Positions 17,545 to 24,633 of a stretch of 32,000 nt of DNA are shown in pieces. Numbering within the stretch: the first letter of the stretch is position 1; each line of letters begins with the position of its first letter. The notes beneath the pieces are model-generated. The model had not been told where the DNA came from and did not search any database. It saw nothing but the letters and a program-made list of their open reading frames with translations. Source of the stretch: Opitutales bacterium (GTDB taxonomy: Bacteria; Verrucomicrobiota; Verrucomicrobiia; Opitutales; PNEW01); assembly GCA_965219535.1 (NCBI GenBank), contig CBDCNV010000002.1, positions 2,070,001 to 2,102,000 of the forward strand, written 5' to 3'. Both the position numbers and the translations under genes were made by a program.

Positions 17545-19371
17545 ATGAAATCATTCCTAATTAAAGTATTTAGTAACCTTGCTGCAATGTTTGTAGCCTT
17601 GGGATTGTTCGCCGTTTTTTGGGTGATGCTTATTGTAATCATCGCTTTATTCTTCGACGAGAGAACAGTACCGATAAAAGAGAATTCGGTATTGGCCTTT
17701 GATCTATCAGTTAATATCATGGATTCCCCACGCGATATCACGGCATTTGATTTAATTGAAGAAACGATCGATGGACCAATCTCTCAGGTCTTATATTTGA
17801 AGTCTGTAATAGATGGTATTGATAGAGCAGCGGAAGATGATCGCATTTCGGCATTATATCTTCATGGCAGTCTGCGGCCTGAAAATAACGGCTCCAGCTT
17901 TGCGACATTAAGAGAAATACGCGATGCCATTAAGCGATTTAAAAAAACGAATAAGCCGGTAGTCGCTTACCTGGTTAATTCGTCAATGCGGGATTATTAT
18001 TTAGTCTCCTCTGCGGACACGCTTATTCAAAACCCATTTGGGCTAGTTAATTTAAATGGCCTTTCAGCGACGCTGATCTTTTTTGGCAATGCATTTCAAA
18101 AGTACGGTATTGAGGTGCAAACATCTCGGGTTGGTAGGTATAAGTCAGCGGTAGATGTTTTTACCAGTGATGAGATGAGCTTGGAAGACCGTTATCAAAC
18201 AAAAGAATTAATCGAAAGTTTATGGAATAACATCCTCATCGATATTGGTGACATTCGCAATATAGCCCCTGAGACGCTTGCAGATTATTCAGCTAACTAT
18301 GTTTATTTCTCTTCTCAAGAGGCACTTGAATTGGGGTTAGTCGATGAATCCGCTTATTTTGATGAGGTGCGTGAAAAACTCATTGATATTGGTGAATTTG
18401 ATGAAGATTTAGAAAGTTTCAGACAAATTTCATTTACTGATTATCTTGCGGAAGACCGGCAGCTTTCAGTTGAAGCGTTGGGTATTGCCGGAGATGGCCA
18501 ACCTAAGATTGCGGTTGTTTACGCTGAGGGTTACATCGTGAATGGGGAGGGGAATTTTGACCAGGTCGGTGGTGACCGTGTCTCTCGTGAATTACGAAAA
18601 TTAAGACACGACGATGATGTTAAGGCCATTGTATTACGCGTAAATAGCCCCGGTGGCAGCGCTGTTGCGTCCGAAATAGTACTGCGTGAATTACAATTAA
18701 TTAAAAATGAAAAACCTGTCGTTGTCTCGATGGGATCTTTAGCGGCTTCGGGAGGCTATTGGATTGCCGCAAACGCGGATACAATCATTGCGGAAGCGAC
18801 GACAATAACCGGATCAATTGGGGTTTTTAGTATTTTTCCCAATATTAAAGAAATCGCTAATCGAACTGGCATAACGTTTGATGGGGTCAAAACTTCAAAG
18901 TATGCGGACATATTTACGATCGCCCGGTCCAAAACGGATGATGAATTGGAATTACTGCAAAAGCATACCGATTTTATTTATGATGCCTTCATTGAGCGTG
19001 TAGCGGAAGGGCGTAATTTAAGTGTCGACGAAGTAAAAGCTATTGCTGAGGGGCGGATCTGGTCTGGCACCGAAGCCTTGGAAGTTGGGCTTGTCGATAA
19101 ATTAGGAGGGTTGGATGACGCCATTGAACATGCTGTTGACATCGCCGGTATAAAAGGTGATTGGCAGCTGATCCAGGTTCCTGAAGAGACAGATGCCACA
19201 GCGTTTATCGAAAAACTTCTCGGTGGGGCTCCTAAGAATGAACCATTGGGCAGTGAAGGTTCTATTTCCCAAAAACTGCGACAAATGCAACGCGAACTTT
19301 CCTCGTTAAATGTACTCAATGATCCTAATGGTGTATATGCACTCATGCCGCTTAACTTTAAATTTAATTAA
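17545..19371 (+). CDS. sppA: Signal peptide peptidase SppA, 67K (two-domain) type
   Basis: The start is taken at ATG 17545 (MKSFLIKVFSNLAAMFVALGLFAVFWV..., an N-terminal TM anchor); the TTG at 17476 in the ORF track is less plausible. It has duplicated ClpP/crotonase-like domains and the motifs VLRVNSPGGSAVASE and SMGSLAASGGYWIA. Confidence 0.85.
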   Translation: MKSFLIKVFSNLAAMFVALGLFAVFWVMLIVIIALFFDERTVPIKENSVLAFDLSVNIMDSPRDITAFDLIEETIDGPISQVLYLKSVIDGIDRAAEDDRISALYLHGSLRPENNGSSFATLREIRDAIKRFKKTNKPVVAYLVNSSMRDYYLVSSADTLIQNPFGLVNLNGLSATLIFFGNAFQKYGIEVQTSRVGRYKSAVDVFTSDEMSLEDRYQTKELIESLWNNILIDIGDIRNIAPETLADYSANYVYFSSQEALELGLVDESAYFDEVREKLIDIGEFDEDLESFRQISFTDYLAEDRQLSVEALGIAGDGQPKIAVVYAEGYIVNGEGNFDQVGGDRVSRELRKLRHDDDVKAIVLRVNSPGGSAVASEIVLRELQLIKNEKPVVVSMGSLAASGGYWIAANADTIIAEATTITGSIGVFSIFPNIKEIANRTGITFDGVKTSKYADIFTIARSKTDDELELLQKHTDFIYDAFIERVAEGRNLSVDEVKAIAEGRIWSGTEALEVGLVDKLGGLDDAIEHAVDIAGIKGDWQLIQVPEETDATAFIEKLLGGAPKNEPLGSEGSISQKLRQMQRELSSLNVLNDPNGVYALMPLNFKFN

Positions 19372-19410
19372 GTAATTACTTGCGTTGAGCTTTCTTCTCT
19401 ATTCCAGACA

Positions 19411-19440
19411 TTGACAAAATTTGCTTTGTGGAAGATATTG
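19411..19440 (+). promoter_or_regulatory. Putative sigma70-like promoter upstream of the SufT-like gene
   Basis: A perfect TTGACA at 19411-19416 is followed by a 17-nt spacer and GATATT at 19434-19439. The ATG at 19451 would then have a very short leader. The alternative TTG start at 19421 would lie inside the promoter. Confidence 0.3.
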
Positions 19441-19450
19441 TTTATTGATC

Positions 19451-20005
19451 ATGGAAAATTTGGAAGTCACATTAAATCGGGATTGTAAAGCTACGCTAAT
19501 TCCCGCGGGTCATGAAGTTCTTCTCACTGAAGGGACCGCGGTCCACATTGCGCAGACTCTTGGCGGCAATCTTACGGTGCGCAATGATATGGGGATGTAT
19601 CGAATAGGAAGCGCTGACCTCGACGCGCTTGGAGACGAGGTTGCCGAGCAAATTAATTCCCAAAAAGTGACTAACGACGTCTCCGATAGAAGCTTCAGTG
19701 AGGACTCAATATGGGAGGCTTTAAAAACCTGTTACGATCCTGAAATACCGGTTAATATAGTAGATCTGGGATTAATATATGATCTATCCACTGAGGCATT
19801 GGCTAGCGGTAATAACAGCGTTAGAGTCAAGATGACATTGACCGCACAGGGTTGTGGTATGGGGCCGGCGATTGCCGCCGACGCTAAAGATAAAATCGAA
19901 GCTATACCTGAGGTTGAGTCGGCCGAGGTAGAGATTGTTTGGGATCCGCAATGGACCCCCCACATGATTTCCGAAGAAGGGCGCAAGCTACTCGGCCTTG
20001 ATTAA
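19451..20005 (+). CDS. DUF59/MIP18-family Fe-S cluster assembly protein (long SufT-like form)
   Basis: The C-terminal half, IWEALKTCYDPEIPVNIVDLGLIYD...VRVKMTLTAQGCGMGPAI...VEIVWDPQWTPHMISEEGR, is the DUF59 signature. An N-terminal ~90-aa extension is present, as in long SufT proteins. Confidence 0.65.
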   Translation: MENLEVTLNRDCKATLIPAGHEVLLTEGTAVHIAQTLGGNLTVRNDMGMYRIGSADLDALGDEVAEQINSQKVTNDVSDRSFSEDSIWEALKTCYDPEIPVNIVDLGLIYDLSTEALASGNNSVRVKMTLTAQGCGMGPAIAADAKDKIEAIPEVESAEVEIVWDPQWTPHMISEEGRKLLGLD

Positions 20006-20018
20006 ACAAAGATAAAAT

Positions 20019-20957
20019 ATGGAAATGGAGGCACAAAAGAGTCCTCCCCAGCCGGAGTTACAGAAAATCCAGCGCTTTATCGATTACCTTGCCCTGGAGC
20101 GTCGCCTTTCAGATTATACAGTCCGTAATTACCGAACAGCTCTGCTGAATTTTTTTTCCTGGAATCGGGATGTCGGTCACTGGTCCGGTGACATAACGAA
20201 AATTTCGGGCCGCGAAATTCGCGATTACCTCATAGAAAGTCAGCGGCGTGTTTCAAGGCGAACGCTCCATAATTATGTTTCAGGTTTAAGGTCTTTCTAC
20301 AATTATTGGTTGAAGCAAGGTGGGGTTAAAATCAATCCATTCGAGGGAATTACCTTGCCCAAATTGAATAAACCTCTGCCAAAATTTTTAACTGAAAATC
20401 AAATAACGCAGTTAATCTCCGGCCCCATGCGTCTTCTCGATAACGAGAGCCTATCACCTTTTCAAGCCTGGCGGGACAGACTTATTCTTGAGATACTATA
20501 CGGTGGAGGATTAAGGGTAAGCGAATTGGTCAGTTTGAATTATGGCATGGTAGACCTCAGCAGCGGTGTTGCCCGTATCTTGGGTAAAGGAAATAAAGAA
20601 AGGCTCTGTCCGCTGGGAAACGTGGCTACTGCCTGTCTCAATAAATTTCGCGCTGAATTCGCTTCTCAAACTGGTTATGACGATCCTGTCGTGGTTAATG
20701 ATCGATTAAAAAGAATCAGTGCAAGATCTGTTCAACTGATGATAAAAAAATATTTAGCTTTAGCTGATTTACCGCTAGATATGTCTCCCCATAAGATACG
20801 GCATTCTTATGCGACGCATTTACTTAATAATGGGGCGGATTTAAGGTTAGTTCAGGAATTACTGGGTCATGCCAGTCTCTCAACGACTCAGATATATACG
20901 CACGTAGATTTAGCTCGACTCAAAGAAGCTCATCGCAGTGCCCATCCCCGTTCGTAG
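20019..20957 (+). CDS. Tyrosine site-specific recombinase, XerC/XerD family
   Basis: The 312 aa product has an N-terminal SAM-like core-binding domain (FIDYLALERRLSDYTVRNYRTAL) and a catalytic region ...GGGLRVSEL...HKIRHSYATHLLNNGADLRLVQELLGHASLSTTQIYTHV with the R..H-x-x-R..Y residues. Confidence 0.85.
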   Translation: MEMEAQKSPPQPELQKIQRFIDYLALERRLSDYTVRNYRTALLNFFSWNRDVGHWSGDITKISGREIRDYLIESQRRVSRRTLHNYVSGLRSFYNYWLKQGGVKINPFEGITLPKLNKPLPKFLTENQITQLISGPMRLLDNESLSPFQAWRDRLILEILYGGGLRVSELVSLNYGMVDLSSGVARILGKGNKERLCPLGNVATACLNKFRAEFASQTGYDDPVVVNDRLKRISARSVQLMIKKYLALADLPLDMSPHKIRHSYATHLLNNGADLRLVQELLGHASLSTTQIYTHVDLARLKEAHRSAHPRS

Positions 20958-20966
20958 GAGGGGGGG

Positions 20967-21022
20967 GTGAAGAGTGAACAGTGAACAGTGAAAAATGAAC
21001 AGCGAACAGATGCGGTGGTTCA
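20967..21022 (+). repeat. Heptanucleotide array (GTGAACA-type, degenerate, 8 units) preceded by a G8 tract
   Basis: The units are gtgaaga gtgaaca gtgaaca gtgaaaa atgaaca gcgaaca gatgcgg tggttca. A G-run occupies 20960-20967, starting 3 nt after the xer stop codon (TAG 20955-20957). Confidence 0.85.
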
Positions 21023-21200
21023 TAAGCTTCGTCTTCGTCTGGCTCATCGTCTTCGTCCTCTTTTAATTTATAACTTTATCGCAATTTCTCGCCAGTGAAA
21101 AGTGAACAGATGAGGTGGTTAATAAGCTTCGTCTTCGTCTGGCTCATCGTCCTCGTCCTCTTTTAATAAATAATTAATTCGCAATTTCTCGCCAGTGATG
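21001..21200 (+). repeat. Two tandem 100-bp direct repeats, each carrying a CTTCGTC-type element core
   Basis: aagcttc occurs at 21024 and again at 21124, an exact 100-bp period. Units 21001-21100 and 21101-21200 differ at roughly ten positions by eye. Each unit reads (gtgaaNa)2 gatgMgg tggttMa taagcttcgtcttcgtctggctcatcgtcYtcgtcctcttttaat...cgcaatttctcgccagtga. Confidence 0.9.
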
Positions 21201-21233
21201 AAGAGGTGGACGCGGAGGAGGGGGGAGGGGGAA

Positions 21234-21324
21234 GTGAAAAGTGAACAGTGAACAGTGAACAGTGAACAGTGAACAGTGAACAGTGAACAGTGAACAGTGA
21301 ACAGTGAACAGATGCGGCTCGCGG
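21234..21324 (+). repeat. Heptanucleotide microsatellite: one imperfect unit plus ten perfect GTGAACA units, ending gatgcgg ctcgcgg
   Basis: gtgaaaa at 21234-21240 is followed by (gtgaaca)x10 spanning exactly 21241-21310, then gatgcgg 21311-21317 and ctcgcgg 21318-21324. It is preceded by the purine/G-rich tract ggaggaggggggagggggaa (~21215-21233). Confidence 0.95.
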
Positions 21325-21335
21325 CTATAGTATCA

Positions 21336-22391
21336 CTATTTAATCGAAGCGTAGAGATCCGATTTTTCTGGATTGAGAACGAGGGTGTGTGAAGTTTCTA
21401 AGAGGGAAACCTTTTTCTTCAATCCATAAGAGAGGGGAAGCTGGGCGACACCAATTAACCGACGCATAATTTCTGCGCCCGTAATCTTTAGTGTTTTAAC
21501 GAGGGAAATATCTACTGAAGATCGATACTGGTGGACGAATTGGGTGATTAAATCATTGTTTTGTTGAGCGAGAATAAAGTGGGCAAGCGTTACACCGATT
21601 TCGTATTCGGGTCCTCCAAAAAAGGAAAATTCGGGATCGATGATCATTATCCCTCCACGGGTTTTCAACCAGCTTCCGGGAAAAAAATCACCGTGCAGCA
21701 GTGTGTGGCCGTCTTCCAGATAAAATTGGCCCAGTTCTTCCACCGCTTCGACATACTTTACATCATTAATTAGTTGATTTGCCGCTTCACTGAGACCATC
21801 GGTGATGCCATTGAGATCCAAACCATTATTGCGAACGAGGGGGTAGTGAAAAATATGTTCGTGATTAAGTTCACGCATATCACGGTTTGTCAGACTATTT
21901 CGACTGGTTTCATCAAATGAAATCGAATGAAGAGCACTCAACCAGCTGGATAAAGCATTAATATTATCAGGGGTTAATTGCACTCCTTGATAAAGTTCAG
22001 TAAAGTCCCGAGCCTCACCTAAATCTTCAATTGCTATGACGCGGGAAATCGGATCGAGGTCGTAAAATTCGGGAGTTAGACTGGCAACTTGCGGGTGATC
22101 TTTTATCAACTTATAAAAACGCGCTTCACGCATGACACGATCCCATGGCGCTTCAATGTCCGGATATTTTTCTACCCAGGGTCGTGATTGTTTTAATATA
22201 ATCGTGCGTAGGTTAGTACGAACACGCATCGTGAAGTTCATGTTACCTTCTCCGGCCTTTTCGGTTTTCACAACACTATCGTTCGCTTCGAGTAGTCCCC
22301 GGTTACGCAAGTAAATGTTCAGAGCATCAAAATCATCATAAGAGAGAAGGGTGATTTCTGGATACGTTTGAATCAGTTCATCTTTGTTCAT
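21336..22391 (-). CDS. APH-superfamily kinase resembling S-methyl-5-thioribose kinase (MtnK-like)
   Basis: Several blocks parallel Bacillus MtnK blocks as I remember them (IGDGNLNYVF...IIKQAVPY, LIHGDLHTGS...VIDPEFAFYGP, GCELIRRTIG). These are EKAGEGNMNFTMRV...IILKQSRPWVEKYP, LLHGDFFPGSW...IIDPEFSFFGGPEYEIG and GAEIMRRLIGVAQLP. At 351 aa it is shorter than typical MtnK. Confidence 0.5.
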   Translation of the reverse strand: MNKDELIQTYPEITLLSYDDFDALNIYLRNRGLLEANDSVVKTEKAGEGNMNFTMRVRTNLRTIILKQSRPWVEKYPDIEAPWDRVMREARFYKLIKDHPQVASLTPEFYDLDPISRVIAIEDLGEARDFTELYQGVQLTPDNINALSSWLSALHSISFDETSRNSLTNRDMRELNHEHIFHYPLVRNNGLDLNGITDGLSEAANQLINDVKYVEAVEELGQFYLEDGHTLLHGDFFPGSWLKTRGGIMIIDPEFSFFGGPEYEIGVTLAHFILAQQNNDLITQFVHQYRSSVDISLVKTLKITGAEIMRRLIGVAQLPLSYGLKKKVSLLETSHTLVLNPEKSDLYASIK

Positions 22392-22513
22392 TGCGCAAAG
22401 GGCCGTGATGAATTACAAAATGTAAATGACAATGCAATTTTTTAATAAAAAGATTGAGATGTTAATAATATACGTAAACCTTTGAGTGTAGACAATATTG
22501 AGAGATTCATTGA

Positions 22514-23698
22514 ATGAATATACATGAATATCAGGCCAAGGCATTATTTGAAGCCTATAACATCCCGGTAACGAGGGGCGCGGCCATTCATATGCCGGAG
22601 GAAATTCTTGGGGCACTTGACCGTATATCGAGTGACATATATGTCGTAAAAGCTCAGATACACGCAGGTGGTCGTGGGAAAGGAACGTTCGTTGACGGAT
22701 TAAAGGGGGGAGTAAAACTTGCTGAATCTAAAGAAGCAGCGGACGAGCTCGCGCGAAAAATGTTGGGCAATACCCTTGTCACTCACCAGACAGGTCCCGA
22801 GGGTCGTAAAGTTAATACGGTCTACTTTTCTGAGGCGATAGCGATTGAAAAGGAATATTACCTTGCCATTCTTCTCGATCGTGCAAGTTCACAGCCCGTT
22901 ATCATCGCATCCACTGAGGGAGGTGTGGAGATAGAAAAAGTAGCTGAAGAAACACCTGAGAAAATTACCAAAGTATTTATTGATCCCACCCTGGGGTTAA
23001 AACCATTTCAAGCCCGTCTCGTCGCGTATGGACTTGGTTTTCAAGGTAAACAGGCATCTCAAATGGGCAAGGTTGTCAGCGACCTCTATCGCCTTTTCTG
23101 TGAGAAAGACTGCTCACTCGTTGAGATTAATCCACTTATTAGCACACCGGATGGCGACATAGTAGCTCTCGATGCCAAAGTTAGTTTTGATGACAACGCG
23201 CTCTTCAGACATCCCGACATTACAGAAATGCGCGACTTGAATGAAGAGAATCCCAAAGAAGTAGAAGCTTCAAAGTATTCATTAAATTATATAGCTCTCG
23301 ATGGTAATATCGCCTGTATGGTTAACGGCGCCGGTCTCGCGATGGCGACGATGGATATTATAAAGCATTACGGAGGTAATCCTGCTAATTTTCTCGATGT
23401 CGGGGGAAGTGCGACCGCGGAACAGGTCACGCAGGCTTTTAAAATTATTCTCAGTGATCCTAATGTTAAAGGCATACTCGTAAATATCTTTGGTGGTATT
23501 ATGCAATGCGATGTTATTGCTGCGGGGATAATCGAAGCAGCTAAAGCGGTTAAAATATCCGTACCTCTCGTCGTGCGGTTGGAAGGAACCAATGTCGATG
23601 TGGGAAAAAAGTTACTCGGAGACAGCGGTCTTGCGATAAACTCAGCCGATAGCCTGGGCGAAGCAGCACAAAATATTATCAAACTCGTTAATTCTTAA
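22514..23698 (+). CDS. sucC: Succinate--CoA ligase (ADP-forming) beta subunit
   Basis: [19 protein letters not shown]..., ...[11 protein letters not shown]... and ...[14 protein letters not shown]...[12 protein letters not shown]... form a full-length SucC signature (394 aa). Confidence 0.95.
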   Translation: MNIHEYQAKALFEAYNIPVTRGAAIHMPEEILGALDRISSDIYVVKAQIHAGGRGKGTFVDGLKGGVKLAESKEAADELARKMLGNTLVTHQTGPEGRKVNTVYFSEAIAIEKEYYLAILLDRASSQPVIIASTEGGVEIEKVAEETPEKITKVFIDPTLGLKPFQARLVAYGLGFQGKQASQMGKVVSDLYRLFCEKDCSLVEINPLISTPDGDIVALDAKVSFDDNALFRHPDITEMRDLNEENPKEVEASKYSLNYIALDGNIACMVNGAGLAMATMDIIKHYGGNPANFLDVGGSATAEQVTQAFKIILSDPNVKGILVNIFGGIMQCDVIAAGIIEAAKAVKISVPLVVRLEGTNVDVGKKLLGDSGLAINSADSLGEAAQNIIKLVNS

Positions 23699-23730
23699 TT
23701 CCTAATTCCTAATTCTTAATTCTTAATTTA
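23689..23730 (+). repeat. Six tandem TAATTCY heptamers spanning the sucC stop codon and the sucC-sucD spacer
   Basis: The units are taattct taattcc taattcc taattct taattct taattta (23689-23730). The second unit contains the sucC TAA stop (23696-23698). The array ends 6 nt before the sucD GTG start. Confidence 0.9.
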
Positions 23731-23736
23731 CCAACC

Positions 23737-24612
23737 GTGAGCATCCTCGTTAACAAAGACACAAAGGTTATTGTTCAAGGAATAACCGGCAAAGCTGGAG
23801 CTTTTCATGCCCAGCAGTGCATGGAGTATGGCTCTAATATTGTAGCGGGCGTTACTCCGGGTAAAGGGGGGCAGGTCTTTGAAGATAAAGTACCGATCTT
23901 TGATAGTGTTATTGATGCAGTCGATAAAACAGGTGCCAACGCAACCCTGGTATTTGTCCCACCTGCCTTTGCCAGTGATTCCATTTTAGAAGCTATAGAC
24001 GCAGGTATCGAGCTCATCGTCGCGGTCACCGAAGGAATTCCGGTGCGCGATATGACCGAAGTGAAGACTAAACTCGCACTCTCCCAATCTCGCATGATCG
24101 GGCCCAATTGCCCGGGTATCATTACACCCGGAGAATGTAAAATGGGCATCATGCCAGGCTATATTCACAAGCCCGGTAAAGTTGGCGTTGTCTCCCGCTC
24201 GGGTACATTGACCTATGAAGCGGTGTGGCAACTTACTACTCGCGGTCACGGACAGAGCACTTGCATTGGTATTGGTGGTGACCCGGTGATCGGCACAACG
24301 CATACCGACGCGATTAAGCTTTTTAATGAAGATCCTGGTACTGACGCCATTATTATGATTGGTGAAATTGGCGGAGATGCAGAAGAAAACGCCGCTGCTT
24401 ACATTAAAAGCAACGTTAAAAAACCGGTGGCGGCATTTATTGCCGGAACCACGGCACCGCCCGGTCGTCGCATGGGTCATGCCGGGGCTATAGTCTCAGG
24501 AGGGAAGGGCACCGCCGCGGCTAAAATTGAAGCGCTTACAGATGCCGGTATCGCTATTTCACCGACTCCATCGGAAATTGCGGATACACTTTTTAAGATA
24601 TATAATCCATGA
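23737..24612 (+). CDS. sucD: Succinate--CoA ligase alpha subunit
   Basis: From the GTG start the product reads [24 protein letters not shown]..., with ...SRSGTLTYE... and ...GHAGAI... (the phosphohistidine loop). It is 291 aa. Confidence 0.95.
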   Translation: MSILVNKDTKVIVQGITGKAGAFHAQQCMEYGSNIVAGVTPGKGGQVFEDKVPIFDSVIDAVDKTGANATLVFVPPAFASDSILEAIDAGIELIVAVTEGIPVRDMTEVKTKLALSQSRMIGPNCPGIITPGECKMGIMPGYIHKPGKVGVVSRSGTLTYEAVWQLTTRGHGQSTCIGIGGDPVIGTTHTDAIKLFNEDPGTDAIIMIGEIGGDAEENAAAYIKSNVKKPVAAFIAGTTAPPGRRMGHAGAIVSGGKGTAAAKIEALTDAGIAISPTPSEIADTLFKIYNP

Positions 24613-24633
24613 TTCAGTCGGTTGGGACTGAAT
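24612..24633. terminator. Hairpin exactly bridging the convergent sucD and uvrB stop codons (possible bidirectional terminator)
   Basis: attcagtc (24612-24619), loop ggttgg, then gactgaat (24626-24633) form an 8-bp perfect stem. The first base is the last base of the sucD TGA. The last base is the first base of the uvrB stop (TAA on the minus strand). There is no U-tract on either side. Confidence 0.35.

Noticed and set aside
18978-19346. ORFs 18978..19346 (-) and 19102..19290 (-)
   Set aside because: They are antisense to sppA, with no RBS or recognisable motif.
21001-21200. Direct repeats that could be mistaken for a CRISPR array
   Set aside because: There are only two units, each 100 bp long and directly abutting with no unique spacers. 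There are no cas genes, and the unit is related to dispersed elements elsewhere. This is a tandem duplication of an intergenic element, not a CRISPR array.
20958-21234. G-tracts (G8 at 20960-20967; ggaggaggggggagggggaa at ~21215-21233) as G-quadruplexes
   Set aside because: The first is a single run. The second has only two long runs plus GG doublets, so a stable intramolecular G4 is not evident. I noted them only as boundary features of the repeat locus.
20019-21335. Xer-type recombinase plus structured repeats as an integron (intI/attC) or a dif-like site
   Set aside because: The recombinase has ordinary XerC/D length and motifs, with no recognisable IntI-specific insertion. No cassette ORFs follow, the same repeats occur at loci without a recombinase, and I saw no sequence resembling the dif consensus.
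23368-24480. Antisense ORFs within sucC/sucD (23368..23682, 23805..24152, 23986..24480)
   Set aside because: They lie fully inside strongly conserved sense genes, and their products are low-complexity with no family resemblance.
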